DNA of 64,000 bases from Dicyema japonicum. Lineage: Eukaryota > Animalia > Dicyemida. Each line of letters opens with the position of its first letter. Position 1 is the first letter of the stretch. The notes beneath the pieces were generated by a model. That model ran no database searches. It saw nothing but the letters and a program-made list of their open reading frames with translations, and was not told where the DNA came from. The translations under genes and the position numbers were made by a program. Of this stretch, positions 1-12,048 are shown piece after piece. The stretch lies in assembly GCA_011109175.1 (NCBI GenBank), contig RDEW01000041.1:186001-250000 (forward strand), written 5' to 3'.

Positions 1-19
1 CAATTTAATGGGCCTAGGT

Positions 20-420
20 CAGAGCTTTTCAAAAAATAATTCTCGCAGCACACTAATCGTAAAAAAATAATCCACGGCACACATTAAAAAAAAAAAAATT
101 AAATTTTAAGATGTGTAAAACTAAGTACAAAAATTGGTAATTTAATGCCCAAATTTTTATTAATAAAAAATGAATTCTTAATTATTATTGTTTTTGCATA
201 TATCATCAATATCAGGTCGAATGGTTGACAAAAGCACTCTCATTTCAGCACAAATCGGACGAGAAACAGTATTATCTGACAAAGGTATCTTCATTATTTT
301 TTGTTCATATTTATGACCAAACATAGTCGAGCTAATACGACAAGCAGGGAGTTTTGTTTTGTTTTTTTGTTTTGCTATCACTTCTGAGATCATGAACATT
401 TCAATGATTCCTTTGTGTTT
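20..420 (-). mobile_element. Internally deleted hAT (Charlie/Buster-like) transposon remnant
   Basis: ORF 178..399 fuses the N-terminal Buster-type motif IPLSDNTVSR directly to a C-terminal-type MRVLLSTIRPDIDDIC. A Charlie-like terminus (CAGAGCTTTTCAAA...CGGCACAC) lies at about 20-82. Confidence 0.7.
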
Positions 421-1337
421 AAAAAAGTTTCACTGAACATCAGTCAGAGAAAGACCCAGAGTCACTCTACCCGTGGCTCTGAACAAGGATATTGATGGAA
501 TTAAAAGAAAACTTAAATGTGCAGAAGACCTAGAAGATCAGAGGGCTATGGAGACGCCTAGTGAAGGAAATTTCGAAACGTGTGGCCCAAACGGGACCTT
601 AGTTAATGCAACGTTCCTTGGTTCTGTGAAAGTGCTTTTACTAATAATTAATAATACGGATGGAAAATAGATTTCATGGCTCTTGATAGAACTATAGGGA
701 TCCGTGGCCATTCTTTAGTATTGACAACTCCGACAGACGAGTGTTAGGATCCGTTCGATTCTGTAAAAAACGTATAGTCTTTTCTTAAGTAGCTGATTTT
801 TTCTGACGACGACGCAGAGAGTAAATACCTCCATGAAACACAATTAAATTCTATAGAAGACACAATGGTTTTTCTGTATAATTTGCGTTTACAGTCTTTT
901 AATGAGTAAAGACACCCTGCACAATTGCCTGACGCCATTCAACTTATAGAGTCCTATCGTTATGATTTGGTTGGCATGCCTTATGATGGTCATATCAGGC
1001 CAAGGATTTCAGAGTTTTTGAAACCGCTATAGACACATATCCCAGGCGGACCTCAGGAGCATCATTGAGCCACGTGGATAGAGTAAATGTAGATTTTGAA
1101 AATGACAAACATTTTATTCCGTGAAATCCAATTCATCTTACGATCAAGGTATGCCTAAACAAAAGTAGAACATAATGTAATATCAGGTAACATGGTTGGT
1201 GTTCAACAATAGTGGGTGCTTAATGTTCAGGTCACCACGATAACATAAAAAATAACAGAAGGTAATGTTTCCATTACTTAAACTTCACCTTAGGCAGAAC
1301 TCTCATTTTATTTTGAGAAGTAAGAACAGTAATGATA

Positions 1338-1570
1338 ATTAATTAATCCAAGGCATTGAAAGGGTTCTTGACTTCACGTTCTTTTCTTTTTGTTTTTGCG
1401 TGAGTTCCAGGAGACAATCCAGTTCTGCAGTGATGAAACACCAATGACGGCATCACTCATCAACCAAAAAGCATCATAGATGCCTGAAACCTTCAACCGA
1501 ATAAACAACAGCGAGATTCGAACCGGAGACCTCGTGATTTGGTCCGGAACTTAATACACTGAGCCACAAG
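1338..1570 (-). mobile_element. tRNA-derived SINE, copy 1
   Basis: Minus strand shows A box TGGCTCAGTG and B box GGTTCGAATC, then a central core and an AT-rich tail. Aligns end to end with 26928-27163. Confidence 0.85.
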
Positions 1571-1728
1571 ATCACCGCAGATGGCCAAAAAATTATTTAT
1601 TATTGATACAAAATCAAATTTGTTATAAAATCTTTATAATAGTGAATTTCTAAATATATTTTAATATATATTTAAATAAATGGAAATTTAAAATATAATT
1701 AATACAATTGCGTTTATCATTTCTAGTG

Positions 1729-2320
1729 ATGCATAATTTCGTAAACCGAGTCAACAATCTTTTTACCATTTTTATATACACCAGTCTATCTTGTTGTTTT
1801 GTGTACTTTATTACTTTACATAACATTGATTTTAAGACGAACACTGATTTTAAAGTTCAGAATATCAAATTGTAAATTCACTGATAATTTAGAATTAACA
1901 AAGTGTATTGGAGTGATTTTGTTAAACTTAGTTTTGACATAAAAACAGGTTTTTGCTGTTTTGATTGTAGACTTTACTGATTTGTTCAGTCATTGGAACA
2001 TGAAACAAGTATTTGTGTTTCTCGTTGTCGAGTATGAAACACCACAACATGTTCTGCTTATATTTACTTTAAGGAGTTGAATGAGTTCACTATTTGGGAT
2101 CAAATAATTACTAGAAAAGACTCTCCCATCATTGATTTGTCGCAAATAAACTCAAATATGAGCTGTGGGATAACTTTGCTGATCTCAAGTTGATATATCT
2201 CGACTAATTCATAGAGGCATACCTTTTAATGTGTCTCTGCGGTGGGAGGCATTCCCATTTACTGGATTAGGTCTCTATTTTGAGAATTCAAAGAAATTAG
2301 AGTCGTTTTTCCCACCATAA
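1729..2320 (+). CDS. SPCS3: Signal peptidase complex subunit 3 (SPC22/23); 4 introns of 21-26 nt; one apparent 1-nt deletion near 2155
   Basis: Spliced translation MHNFVNRVNNLF...FDIKTDFTDLFSHWNMKQVFVFLVVEYET...LNEFTIWDQII...VSLRWEAFPFTG matches the SPCS3 motifs WNxKQxFxxLxxEY and LNxxxxWDxI. The exact C-terminus is ambiguous. Confidence 0.9.
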
Positions 2321-2659
2321 TATCAACCAAACGAGATTACAATATATGATGACTTGTTTAATTGTTTTTGAGAGTTGGTGGCAACTATGTGTTTTTTATT
2401 TCTTATAAAGTCATATTACCTTCTCACAGATTGATGCAACACTAGGAAGTCCGGTAATGCGAACGAATCTCCTCGCAACAGAGGCATACTTCACAGCCGG
2501 CGCGGTAGTTTGCTAGTAGAGTGTTGCTACAGAAGCATCTATATTCGAAGGAGTCCTCCGGACAAGCGCACGTACAAGTTCAACTTCTACAGGTTTTTAG
2601 TGAGGACTTTTTGCATGATTGGGGAACTTTTTGAGTTGACGTCTGGGTAGAGTTCATCA

Positions 2660-3290
2660 TAGAAACTGATGTTCTGTGTCAAAGCTATTACCGAATGGGG
2701 TTTCATAGGGATCTCCTATCAACCTATCCTATTCACCATTTGTAAGTGGAGAAACCCAAATCCTGCTTTCCAATGCTGACGACATTGTGGTGGTATCGAG
2801 GGATGAGAATATATCAAATGCTTCCAATAGAATGCAGGGTTGTTTGGACAATCTTAGTATTTGACAGATATCACTTACAGGCAAGTGAAGAAAAGTCAGC
2901 TTTGACTTTGTTCACAGCTAACAGAAAGCTTAGAGACTGTGTTATCACCCTAGATGGAAAAATAATCCCTCAGAAAAAAGACCCATAAAATCTTGGTTTA
3001 ACTTTTTCCCCGCATGTCGAGAATGTGATAGCATTTGCGCGAAGAAGCTTATATTTAAAGGCTCTTTTATGGGTCTTCATGGCCTCATGTTCTTTGTCGA
3101 CAATAAATTGAAGCGACAGTGAGTTATTCTTTTGTCTGCCCAAAAAGTCTCCAACGAGAGCTTATTGTACAGTCCTTTCCGCGAGATCTTGGATGGCCAG
3201 GACATTTCAGTTATGTTTCTTAGATGATTTATGTGAAACGAGTCTAGTCTCTCCAATTCCTCTTTTGAGGTGCCCTAGGTCCCAGAGTTG
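2660..3290 (+). mobile_element. Decayed non-LTR retrotransposon RT fragment
   Basis: Frameshifted (Y)ADDIVV and SEEKSALTLFT...IPQKKDPKILG motifs, as in other LINE copies in this window. Confidence 0.6.
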
Positions 3291-3388
3291 TATGGAGGAG
3301 ATAAAACTAATTTTATTTTAGAAAGATAAAACTAATTTTATTTTTTATATTAGAATTATAATCAATTTAAATAGCAAACGTGCGAGGA

Positions 3389-3976
3389 ATGGTTTGGTGT
3401 GATGATTACAATGTCCTAAATGCTTACCTAATCGATAAAAGCTACATCCAAGGATATCAGTTATCCTCTGCAGATTTCGCTTGTTTTAAATTCATTGAAT
3501 AACGCTGTACCTCCCAGTGAATTTACATACGCTCTTCGTTGGTATAATCACGTCAATGCCCTTTCCTACAGAATGACTGAACCTGAACTCAACCCTGATG
3601 GAATAAATCCTGACAATTTCAGTCCCAAGTCAGAGAAACCGGATAAGAAAGGTATTAATCGATATCACCTTCCAGTGGTTAAAGTTGAGAGATCCATGTT
3701 GACATAGATATCAAAGGTTGGGATTATGATAGTGACACAAATGCCATGGACGAATTAGTGCGTGGTATTAACATTGAAGGTGTCGAGTGGGGGATAAGTT
3801 TGATAAAATTTAATATTATAGGCAGTAGACAATATGGTCCTTCTGGTAACTCATATTTAAGCATTCCATGTGTTGTGACTGAGTTTGTAGATACTGATGA
3901 GATAATCTCTCAAATTGAGGGAAACGAGGATTTGATCCAGTGTGCGGAAATCACTTCATTCCAGAAATATAGTTGA
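3389..3976 (+). CDS. EEF1B: Divergent translation elongation factor 1-beta family protein; two 24-nt introns; two 1-nt frame disruptions (about 3490 and 3703)
   Basis: N-terminal LNAYLIDKSYIQGYQLSSAD and ALRWYNHV. C-terminal GEF domain DIKGWD...LVRGINIEGVEWG...CVV...VDTD...FQK. Confidence 0.85.
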
Positions 3977-4249
3977 GTTACTTTCCTCTAATAACATTTT
4001 CTGTTTTGAATTGGATTGTTTTAGTCTTGTCGATTTATTAACCCAAGAACAACATAGTTAATTAAATTAAGTGATCTCGACACCCGGCATCCTCTCTTTG
4101 TCTGCATCTTCTTGAGTGGGATGATTTTTAGTATAAAAATTGGAAAGGGGTGATGTATATAGGATGTAGATGATTTTTCGTGTCGAGTAGGTTGGAATTG
4201 AGCCGAATTTGAATCTTGTGAAGGTGTCTTGGTAGACTTTCTGATGTAT

Positions 4250-5035
4250 TTAAATCTTGACCGTGAGACCTCACTAATAGGTCATCAGCATATAGCAATA
4301 ATTCCTAAAACCGCAGCAGCATCACATTAATGATCCTGGCATGCTCCAAAGAGATTTCAGTTTGGCACGCTGATCCTCTCTCGAGCTCACGCAACTAGCA
4401 TTGGTCGTGTAACTGTCCCTCGTAATCGCAACGGAACATTCTGTTTTTCCGTATTAAAGATTCGCATTAGAGAATGGGACTGTCCAGAAATCCATCACTT
4501 TGTAATTTTGGAAGCCCTTTTTTTGGCTTCGATTTTCATGCAATTTGTCCAAAAGATGCGGGTCCCATAAAGCACATGCATGTGAGATGCTTGGCTCGAC
4601 GTACTCTTGTATATTGTGTTAAAGACTGGATGACTTCCTGCTTTTCATTCTCCCGAAATGCTGTTCAAAACGTTTGACTTCTCAGATTTGATAATCACGT
4701 TCTCGACATCCTGTGAAAATCACTTTAACATGTCGAATGTGACTCCAGAATTTTCTGGTGTTTTCTAGAAGGGATTTCCGCATCATCCACTTTTAGGTCC
4801 ACCGTCCGTCTGCTTAATCTTTGATTTTCGGGCTAATTGATAGGAGGTTGTCTCTAACCAAACGTTAATGCGGTCCAGGTGAAATCTTGATGCTGCAACC
4901 TGAATATCTTATAACGTGAGGCCAGAACAATGTCGTCTGCATAAGTTACATAAGTCATTCTCGTTTTCTGGAATGGGAAGATCGGCCTTAAATAGGTTGA
5001 ACAATAAAGGGGATAGGGCTGATCCTTGGGGGACG
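4250..5035 (-). mobile_element. Decayed LINE RT and C-terminal fragment
   Basis: VPQGSALSPLLFNL and (Y)ADDIV in ORF 4909..5118, followed by frameshifted thumb-region motifs. Confidence 0.65.
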
Positions 5036-5037
5036 TT

Positions 5038-5470
5038 TATTTTAATTTTAATAACCCCGGGAACACAGAGAAAGAAAGACAAAAGAGTCAAACAGTTAGG
5101 TGATCCCAGTCCTCGCAATCAATTGTGCCATTCGACGTCTGTGATCTTCCATCGTCCCCACTATTTTCCGGAAGAGCCTTCTCTCGTCTTGCAGAGGAAT
5201 CCGATCGGGGAGGGGAATTTCTTATCCAATCGGTTTTCTCTTGCCATGGAAAGGATCAGGCGAAGCGGATTTCCATTTTCCTCACAGACGCGAAGAAATC
5301 CGGAACCACGACTACGGATCTTAGCTTCCATGAGTAGTGGGTCGACTGTTGATCCATTACGTGGGCAAAGCATACTGATTGTTTTCTGGTGTATCGAGTT
5401 GATTCTTTGGACCATAGACTCCGATAGCGCAAATCTTTATGCAACTGAGGCATACTCAACGGGACGTTGT
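5038..5470 (-). mobile_element. 3' end of an Ingi/Vingi-like LINE, related to 62395-64000
   Basis: Clear nucleotide similarity to 63720-64000 (AGAAATTCCCCTCCCCGATCGG, CTGGGATCACCTAACT); ends in a TAA-rich tail. Confidence 0.8.
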
Positions 5471-5589
5471 AAATAAAAATAGAAAAAGCAAAAAATAACA
5501 AAAAAATCAGGTTACCTTTAAAAAATATAACTTTTTTCATTAAAAATCTAATATTTAATATTTTTTCTCGTACAAATAAAAGGAATGAG

Positions 5590-6220
5590 ATGAAATCCTT
5601 TGTGAGGAGCCTAAATACACTTGGAAGGTCCGCGGAAATCCCCGTCGCACATGTCTGAATGTAGTGTTTGGTGATAATTCTGGGTCCTGGCTCAATGCCT
5701 TCCCGGTACGGGCAGTCGGTACTCTGTTTGAAGAGAAGTACTACACCCGCTGACACGCAGATGGAGTTCCGGGAGATTCCCTCGTCACACCATATTAAAC
5801 GCGACTGTCATGAAAGTTATCGAAGACTCCGGGTTTACTGCCTTCTGGAACCCGTTGGTTGGTCTTGACAAAGGTGATGACGTAACAACCATGCCATGGA
5901 GCCGAGAAGGTGTCTTGTTGGGATTCAACATGCACAGACATTTTCTCTAATGGGAATTTGATTAATTCATCGTTGCACACGAGTTCCGCAGCGAGCACTG
6001 CTGAATATATGAAAAGGAGGAAGTACCACGGCATCGTGAACAGGTTCGTTTCCAGCTGATCTCCATTGAGACATCTTGCGTTATTGACCCGAGCACGTCT
6101 TATTTCATCAGGTTAATTGGACGGCTTGCGGGAAAGCAGAAGGGTGAACCTTGAATGACGCAATAGAACGTTGGGTTCGCGATTATGAGAGATAACTCCC
6201 ATTGCGTGCTCAATGTCTGC
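5590..6220 (+). mobile_element. CRE-like non-LTR retrotransposon, C-terminal restriction-like endonuclease (RLE) remnant
   Basis: Frameshifted SGSWLNAFP, LEP, PW...WDSTCTD, SAASTAEYMKRRKY, IETS and FAIMRDNS motifs. Confidence 0.7.
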
Positions 6221-7399
6221 AGGCCATAATGGAGACCTGTCATAGCAACTTTACATTAAGTTAATAAATGTTTTCTTTTAAAAAAAAGTTGAAAAATAAG
6301 ATTGTTTTTTTCCTGTGGTGAAGAACTTTTTTGGTGCTAATAATGACGGGATTGTGGTCGGAAGATAATCCATAATATACCGTCCAAGGTTTTGAGACCA
6401 GAAGGTAACGTCCGGGGTGTTTGACGATTCATTTTCCTTGTAAGGAGTCATAGTGTCCTTCCTAGGATTGTTGAGGAGAGTCAGAGAGGTGAACTAGTTT
6501 ATTAAGGACAGCCCTCTTGATTCTACTGTCTGTAATTTAACCAAGGCGTGTGTTTGACGTTTAAGTCTCAACACAGTATTGGGTTTTCGTGGTTGTTTAG
6601 CTTTGATAGGTTTAGCAAGAAAATGAAGGGGGGACGAAAATATTTTTAACATTGAAAGCTCTAATTCCTCCTGTAATGAAAGTTCCAGATATTTCTGTAG
6701 TCCCATCGTTTATTAGTGATTTTAGTTTGTGTCAGTTTAAGGTCCCACTTCAACGCTGATAAGTGGAAGGCTACCGCCTAAGAAAGCTTCTCCCTCCAAC
6801 AACTGTGCCTGATCAAATCGAACTCTTCCGTTGTATCTCAGTGACACACAATAAAACCCGTCTCCTAAAAGTAGTCGAGTCAATCGTAACTTGATTGCTG
6901 TCATTCCTGTCATGGAATCATATTCTGCGCGTCCAAAAAGATTTCAAGATTTAGTTATTCAGCAGGCGACTAGATCAACCCACGTGTTATCCAGTTAAGG
7001 TTTCTCCGAAGAGATAACATTGTAAATTGCCAAACTTTGTGAATGAAAGAATCTTAGTTTTTGCGAAGGGCTTTTTCATTACCAATATGGACTAAACCTG
7101 GGAACTTCTGTCATTGGTAGTACGTTCTTGTTAGTCACCGGTATTCTTCACTTGAAAGTAATGGGGTAAGTAATTCCTCCCGAATCCCCCGAAAATTTTC
7201 CAGGAACCGAGATTGGCGGATTTGAGAGATACTGTACATTCCATTGATGTAGCCTTGCTACCCATAATGATATCTTATTTATTTAAGAAACTTCAAGGCC
7301 ACTAAAAATAAGGCTGCAAAGTATCTTGGTGTCACGTGTTCCACTCAAACTGGCAAATAAACTAATGAAAAATTATGTCAGTAACGTTTTTTAATAAAA

Positions 7400-7820
7400 A
7401 ATAACCCTTACCCCTTCCATGCTCGAACCAGTCGGTTTTTGGAGGAGTGACGGGAAAAGACCAAATGGATGACCATCTTGCCATTTGAAGTAAGGAAACC
7501 TCTCGTCTGGGACATCACAGACACGTTTGCCAAGGCAACCTACTCAAGAGTTCCTCTGGAGCCTGTTCTGCCGCTGAGAAGACATAGAGGTTGAAAGGGG
7601 AAAGTAAGGGTCCTTCCCAATAATTTTTGTTTATTTCACTCGCAGTTGAGACGATTGGATCTTTTGAGCCTGGAATTCTTGAGTCGTCTCGGAATCGGAT
7701 TTCTACACGACCAAGAGATCCCCATGAGCGCTGCTGGTTATTTGATTGAATCTCGCTCGCCATCCTGAGAGGAATTGTCACGCGGTCAGGGCGGCCGCTA
7801 TATGACCATTTGCTCACTTT
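7400..7820 (+). mobile_element. CRE-like RLE 3' fragment
   Basis: PSMLEP, KRPNGMTI, LVWD, LAVET and RISLAILRGI motifs. Similar to 14660-14900 and 30550-31420. Confidence 0.75.
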
Positions 7821-8119
7821 TCCCCGTAATTGTTAAATATTTCCTATGTGAGATTTTGAATAAATTATACTAAAAATATTAACTATGGATTTGATTTTTA
7901 GTTTTTTTAATATTAGGACACTAAATTGGTCTCCATATAAGCACTTTTGAAGGGGGTTCTCAGATATATTTTAATTTACAAAATCAATACAATACGACAT
8001 ACACGTGCCTTTCAAAACTGGACATTAAAATTAAAAAAATTAAAACCAAAATTTCTTTAGTTTTCTATTTTAAATTTATAATTATAAAATACAAAAAATA
8101 AAGTTATATTTATCCTCAC

Positions 8120-8295
8120 TGAGGTGGCATTGTTCACTTGGTGGAAGGTTCCACCCATCTACGATGCTAATAGGGTTTGACGAGTGACCCCGTCATCAGT
8201 GGATACTCACTGCGGAACTGGATTGTCTAGAAAGGACCCACACACAGGAAAAAAAAGAAGTGAAGATCATTCCTTGGTTCTACGATTAGTTAAAA
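8120..8295 (+). mobile_element. Headless SINE copy (core plus tail)
   Basis: Shares TTGACGAGT..CCGTCATCAGTG..TCACTGCGGAACTGGATTGTCT with copies 1 and 2; its tail matches the 41.4-kb copy. Confidence 0.75.
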
Positions 8296-9105
8296 TTAAC
8301 TGTTCTTTAATAAAGTGTGTGTCCTGCCTATGCGGAGCTATAAATATTATGGCTCTCGTGAAAAGGCTGTTATCATCATTATTATCCTCACTGACATAAT
8401 GACACGATAGCAATCGAGAGCAAGAGTCATTGGGTTTCATGGACGTCAATGAGGGTTGCCAGCGTTTCATTCTTTAATGTCGATAATAAAATTAAAGTTT
8501 GAGTAATTCAAAAAGTCGCAAGGACAAGGAAAAAGTATATGAATGTTCTGAATTGTGAAATAAATGATTAAATTAGAAATTTGTATTAGACAGCTGTCAT
8601 TTTTCTTGCAAATTTCAATTTTTGTCATTTTTGACATTAACACATTACCACGTGAATTGAGTTAATTTAGCAATAATATTTAATTTGTAGTTATGTGATC
8701 AGATCTGTCTAGTAAATATAAATTTATTTGATAACAAAAGTCGAGAATACCAGTAAATCATGAGAATGCAATAAACCATTGAACAGCTTTGACTGCTTGA
8801 GAGTTTCAATTTGATCGACAATGCTGTTTACACTCACTTGAACAAAAATTCAATAATTTTCATAAAAATCACTAAATTAAAACCAATAAACTAAACCTTG
8901 TATTTGTAAAATCCCTTAGCTAACGAGGGACTCATGATAGCCTGACATTATGGCAATTCTAAAATTTGGGTCGAATGGCTGTTCAATATTTAATGCAAAC
9001 AGCGGTGTGACGTAGCGCAGAGTGGGATTATTTAAGTTCAATGTCGTTGAATAACAATACAGAGTGGGACTAGAGTGCCTAAAGTGTTGACGAAACGATC
9101 AAATC

Positions 9106-9829
9106 ATGTCGGCAAGTTCTCGAAATGTATTTGATCCCAGCACAAACAGATTTATTAATGATACTCAGATCAATCAGTATAACTATCCCATGTCAGTTTC
9201 TCAAAATAATGAATGTTCGTCCACAATTATTATTCTCCATTTATTAACAATAATAACTACCATGAGCTGACTTCACAATATTATGGACAAACGCTAAATA
9301 ATCTGTACAGTCAGAACTACTTCACTGATCAGTGGACTTGTAATAATATTCATGTATTTAGATAACTATCCTCGTGATTTCATAAACTATTCAAACTATG
9401 CTGGACTTCAGAGTTACCCAGATTGCTCATCAATTATAAATTATAATGAATCGTTGAAGCATATTTATTCGGATGGGGGACCCAAACGGAAGAGAAGGAA
9501 TTTATTCACTCCTTCGCAAAACACAGAGTTGGAAAATCGATTCAAATTTCAAAAATATTTATCTGCCCCGGAGAGGGAACAGTTAGCTCGAAGCATCAAT
9601 TTGACATCAACCCAAGTAAAGATTTGGTTTCAAAATCATCGTTACAAATACAAAAAAATGATGCAAGAAAAGGCAAAAAATGCTCAATTCAGTGACTCTC
9701 CTAAAAATTGTGGTATCATTAAATCTAATCTTAGGGGATGAAGAGTCCAGCCACCATAGTCCCATTAAAAAAGAAAACTCTGAGCATTTCCTAGATGATA
9801 AAAGATATGAAAAATGGAATTATTTATGA
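9106..9829 (+). CDS. NKX2-1: NK2-class homeobox transcription factor, NK2.1-like; two 22-nt introns; probable 1-nt deletion near 9221 (otherwise the start is the ATG near 9213)
   Basis: Homeodomain [55 protein letters not shown], with NK2-diagnostic Tyr54 and the [10 protein letters not shown] and NHRYK motifs. Confidence 0.88.
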
Positions 9830-10004
9830 GTTAATATTTCCTGACAAATAATAAATGATTTTACCATTTATTTGTTGTTAAGCGGAAATAGGACTAATTA
9901 GTCTAATAAACGAGTATTGTCAAGAATACCCAGATCAGATAGGGATTTGAACTAATAATTTAGAAAACATGTTATTTTGTAGAGTAACAATGTATATTTG
10001 TGTT

Positions 10005-10017
10005 TCAAGTGCACTTG
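10005..10017. promoter_or_regulatory. Inverted pair of NK2-type binding cores (TCAAGTGCACTTG)
   Basis: Perfect 12-bp palindrome CAAGTG/CACTTG matching the NK2 consensus T(C/T)AAGTG, about 175 bp downstream of the NK2 gene. Function is inferred only. Confidence 0.3.
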
Positions 10018-10057
10018 TATACCACCAACCGATTTTATAATTAAATCATTAATAATG

Positions 10058-10475
10058 TTAGATTCTTGTTATATTTGAACTCTTCTTTGGAAAGTATTTT
10101 CGGGGATCGCTTTTGTCGATTTTTTTCTAAAATATTTTTACTGGTCAACCAATGGTTCAGATATCCATCCAATCTCCTGAGATTCCGTCTCAGGTTTCAA
10201 ATATTTTTTGGTAGGTTCTTCATTGGCTCGTCGGATTTGATGAAGAAATTCGTCTTATCATAAAGCAACACATTTACTATCGGTCTTTAAGTTCTCGTGA
10301 TTATTCCACGAATTTGGTTTCTCAGTGAAGGCGTGCACTACAACTGAAAAAAATCACCACTTCGTCTGAACGGATTGATACCGTACTGGTCGTGTAATTT
10401 CATGGTTTTATTTTCCTTTAAAATGGTCTCAATTAACCTCGCATTCAATGCTACATAATCGACTTGGTTTGCCAT
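10058..10475 (-). CDS. CFAP144: Cilia- and flagella-associated protein 144 (FAM183 family); three 23-nt introns
   Basis: Spliced [49 protein letters not shown]...[23 protein letters not shown] matches the FAM183 motifs NP, TxKPxSW and PxKKYxxxxTExQExGW. Absent from the ORF track. Confidence 0.85.
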
Positions 10476-10573
10476 AAGGTTACCAGGGAAACTAATATTT
10501 TTTTATAAAACTTGCTAAATTATGGAATTGCTGATTTAAAATAAAGACAAATTTTAAAATACGAGTCATCTAT

Positions 10574-12048
10574 TTATGACCTTTGAATTCTTTTGGTGAG
10601 GTAGTTAGGAAGACTCCACAAAACGGATACCTTACAGATCATTCCCCCAGTGACATGATGAAATATGACCCCTACAGTCATACATTGGCTAACCAACAAA
10701 ATTGAAGTACTTCTCGAAATCTCCATCATCCCCAATCAAGGCTTTACTTATAAGCAATGAAAATGCAGCAGAAATAGCCAAAACCAATGCAAAGATCGAA
10801 TTCAGGTCAAGCATTCGACATCTTCCAAAAGTAATCTTTGTAATACTGTCAACAAGCACGTGCCAGTATGCCAGTCCAAAACCATAGAAAAAAGCATATG
10901 TCATCTTAAATACTAATCAGACAAAACCTGCCCAGTATTACTCTTCACGAGGTCGTGGTGGAGGAAGGTCAGAAGACAAGCCAAAATCCACGTGCTGAGG
11001 AAAGAAACGACAACATCAAATTTTCTGGAATGGCCCACAACAGCAAAGACAAGTCTGGTAAAGAAATAACAGGCTCCAGTAAAACCCAATGAATAAGCAC
11101 TCTTTGAAAGATCCCAATCCGAGGCTGCAATATAATGGGGGAAGACAATCAACGAGGAAAAAAAACAGAGACCATAGAAAAACGTGGAAACTACCAGGGT
11201 CACAAAGTAAAAATAAAATTTTACGCCCCGTTTAACCACTTTGTGAGATGACTGCTGTAATGGACTAGTAGAAGACATATTTTCGGGTCCATTGTGGAAG
11301 ATCGGATCTAATTTTCCATTAAAATGAGTACCGGACAACTGAATTTGTCTATCTGATATAAAAAACGACTTCTTTGATTCAAAAAAATTAAAATCATGAA
11401 AGTCTTTGGGTCTCGTCTTTTGAGTTTCAAAAATGTAAAAGACAACAACGAAGGGAACGACTGAGAGAAAGAGAGCCCAGTAAACCATAGCAGAACCTGA
11501 ATGAGCAAATCACTTACCGATTAGGGAGTACTTTGAAATAAGGGGAGAAAACAAGAAGGCATAGGCGATCATTCCAACGCCAAAACCGGAAAAAGAAAGA
11601 GCACGGAAAAATTTGATTTTATTTTTGAAAAAAATTTCACAAAAAATTAAACTCACAAAATTGAGAAATCCCATTCCCACCCCTTTGATTAGAAAATAAT
11701 GAACCCAAAAAACAGAGGACGAGTAAATGAATGATTCATTATCAATGGACAGGTGCTGCTGTAAAGTCCCACCAACAGATAGCATGAACATTCCCAATAG
11801 TCCAAAGTGAGCAAAATGACACTTTGAGTAAAGAAATGAAGAGAGGGAGGCTGCGAATTAATATAATCGGTACTCGTGGCATAGAAGAGAACAAAGATTA
11901 GTGCAACTGAATAGGAAAAATCATAAGGCGTTTTTCCTGCGATTTTGAGCCAATTTAGTTCAAACAAAACAAAGTTGAGTAAATTTCCCCCAATTATTAA
12001 TTGGGTATAAAATATTCCGATACTACCGATTGCCTTCAACACAAACAT
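10574..12048 (-). CDS. MFS transporter, monocarboxylate (SLC16)-like; about five tiny introns
   Basis: Multi-pass hydrophobic ORFs 11689..12048, 11510..11797, 10913..11488 and 10689..10904 join through 21-24 nt GT-AG introns. GVGMGF...IFFKNK...ALSFSGFGVG resembles the MCT signature. Confidence 0.7.

Noticed and set aside
1100-1325. Series of GT..AG segments suggesting a micro-exon gene
   Set aside because: No consistent open frame after splicing; chance GT/AG spacing in AT-rich DNA is sufficient.
1505-1570. tRNA gene
   Set aside because: A and B boxes are present, but there is no proper acceptor stem and it continues into a repeated core and tail, so it is a SINE head.
2300-2370. TAA read as a sense codon in SPCS3 (FPP*YQ resembling FPDTYE), implying a ciliate-type code
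   Set aside because: KCC ends at its conserved C-terminus with TAA, and the clean genes have no in-frame TAA or TAG. A true stop or a homopolymer indel explains this site.
3300-3344. 20-bp tandem duplication upstream of eEF1B as a regulatory repeat
   Set aside because: A low-complexity AT-rich slippage duplication that is not seen at other genes.
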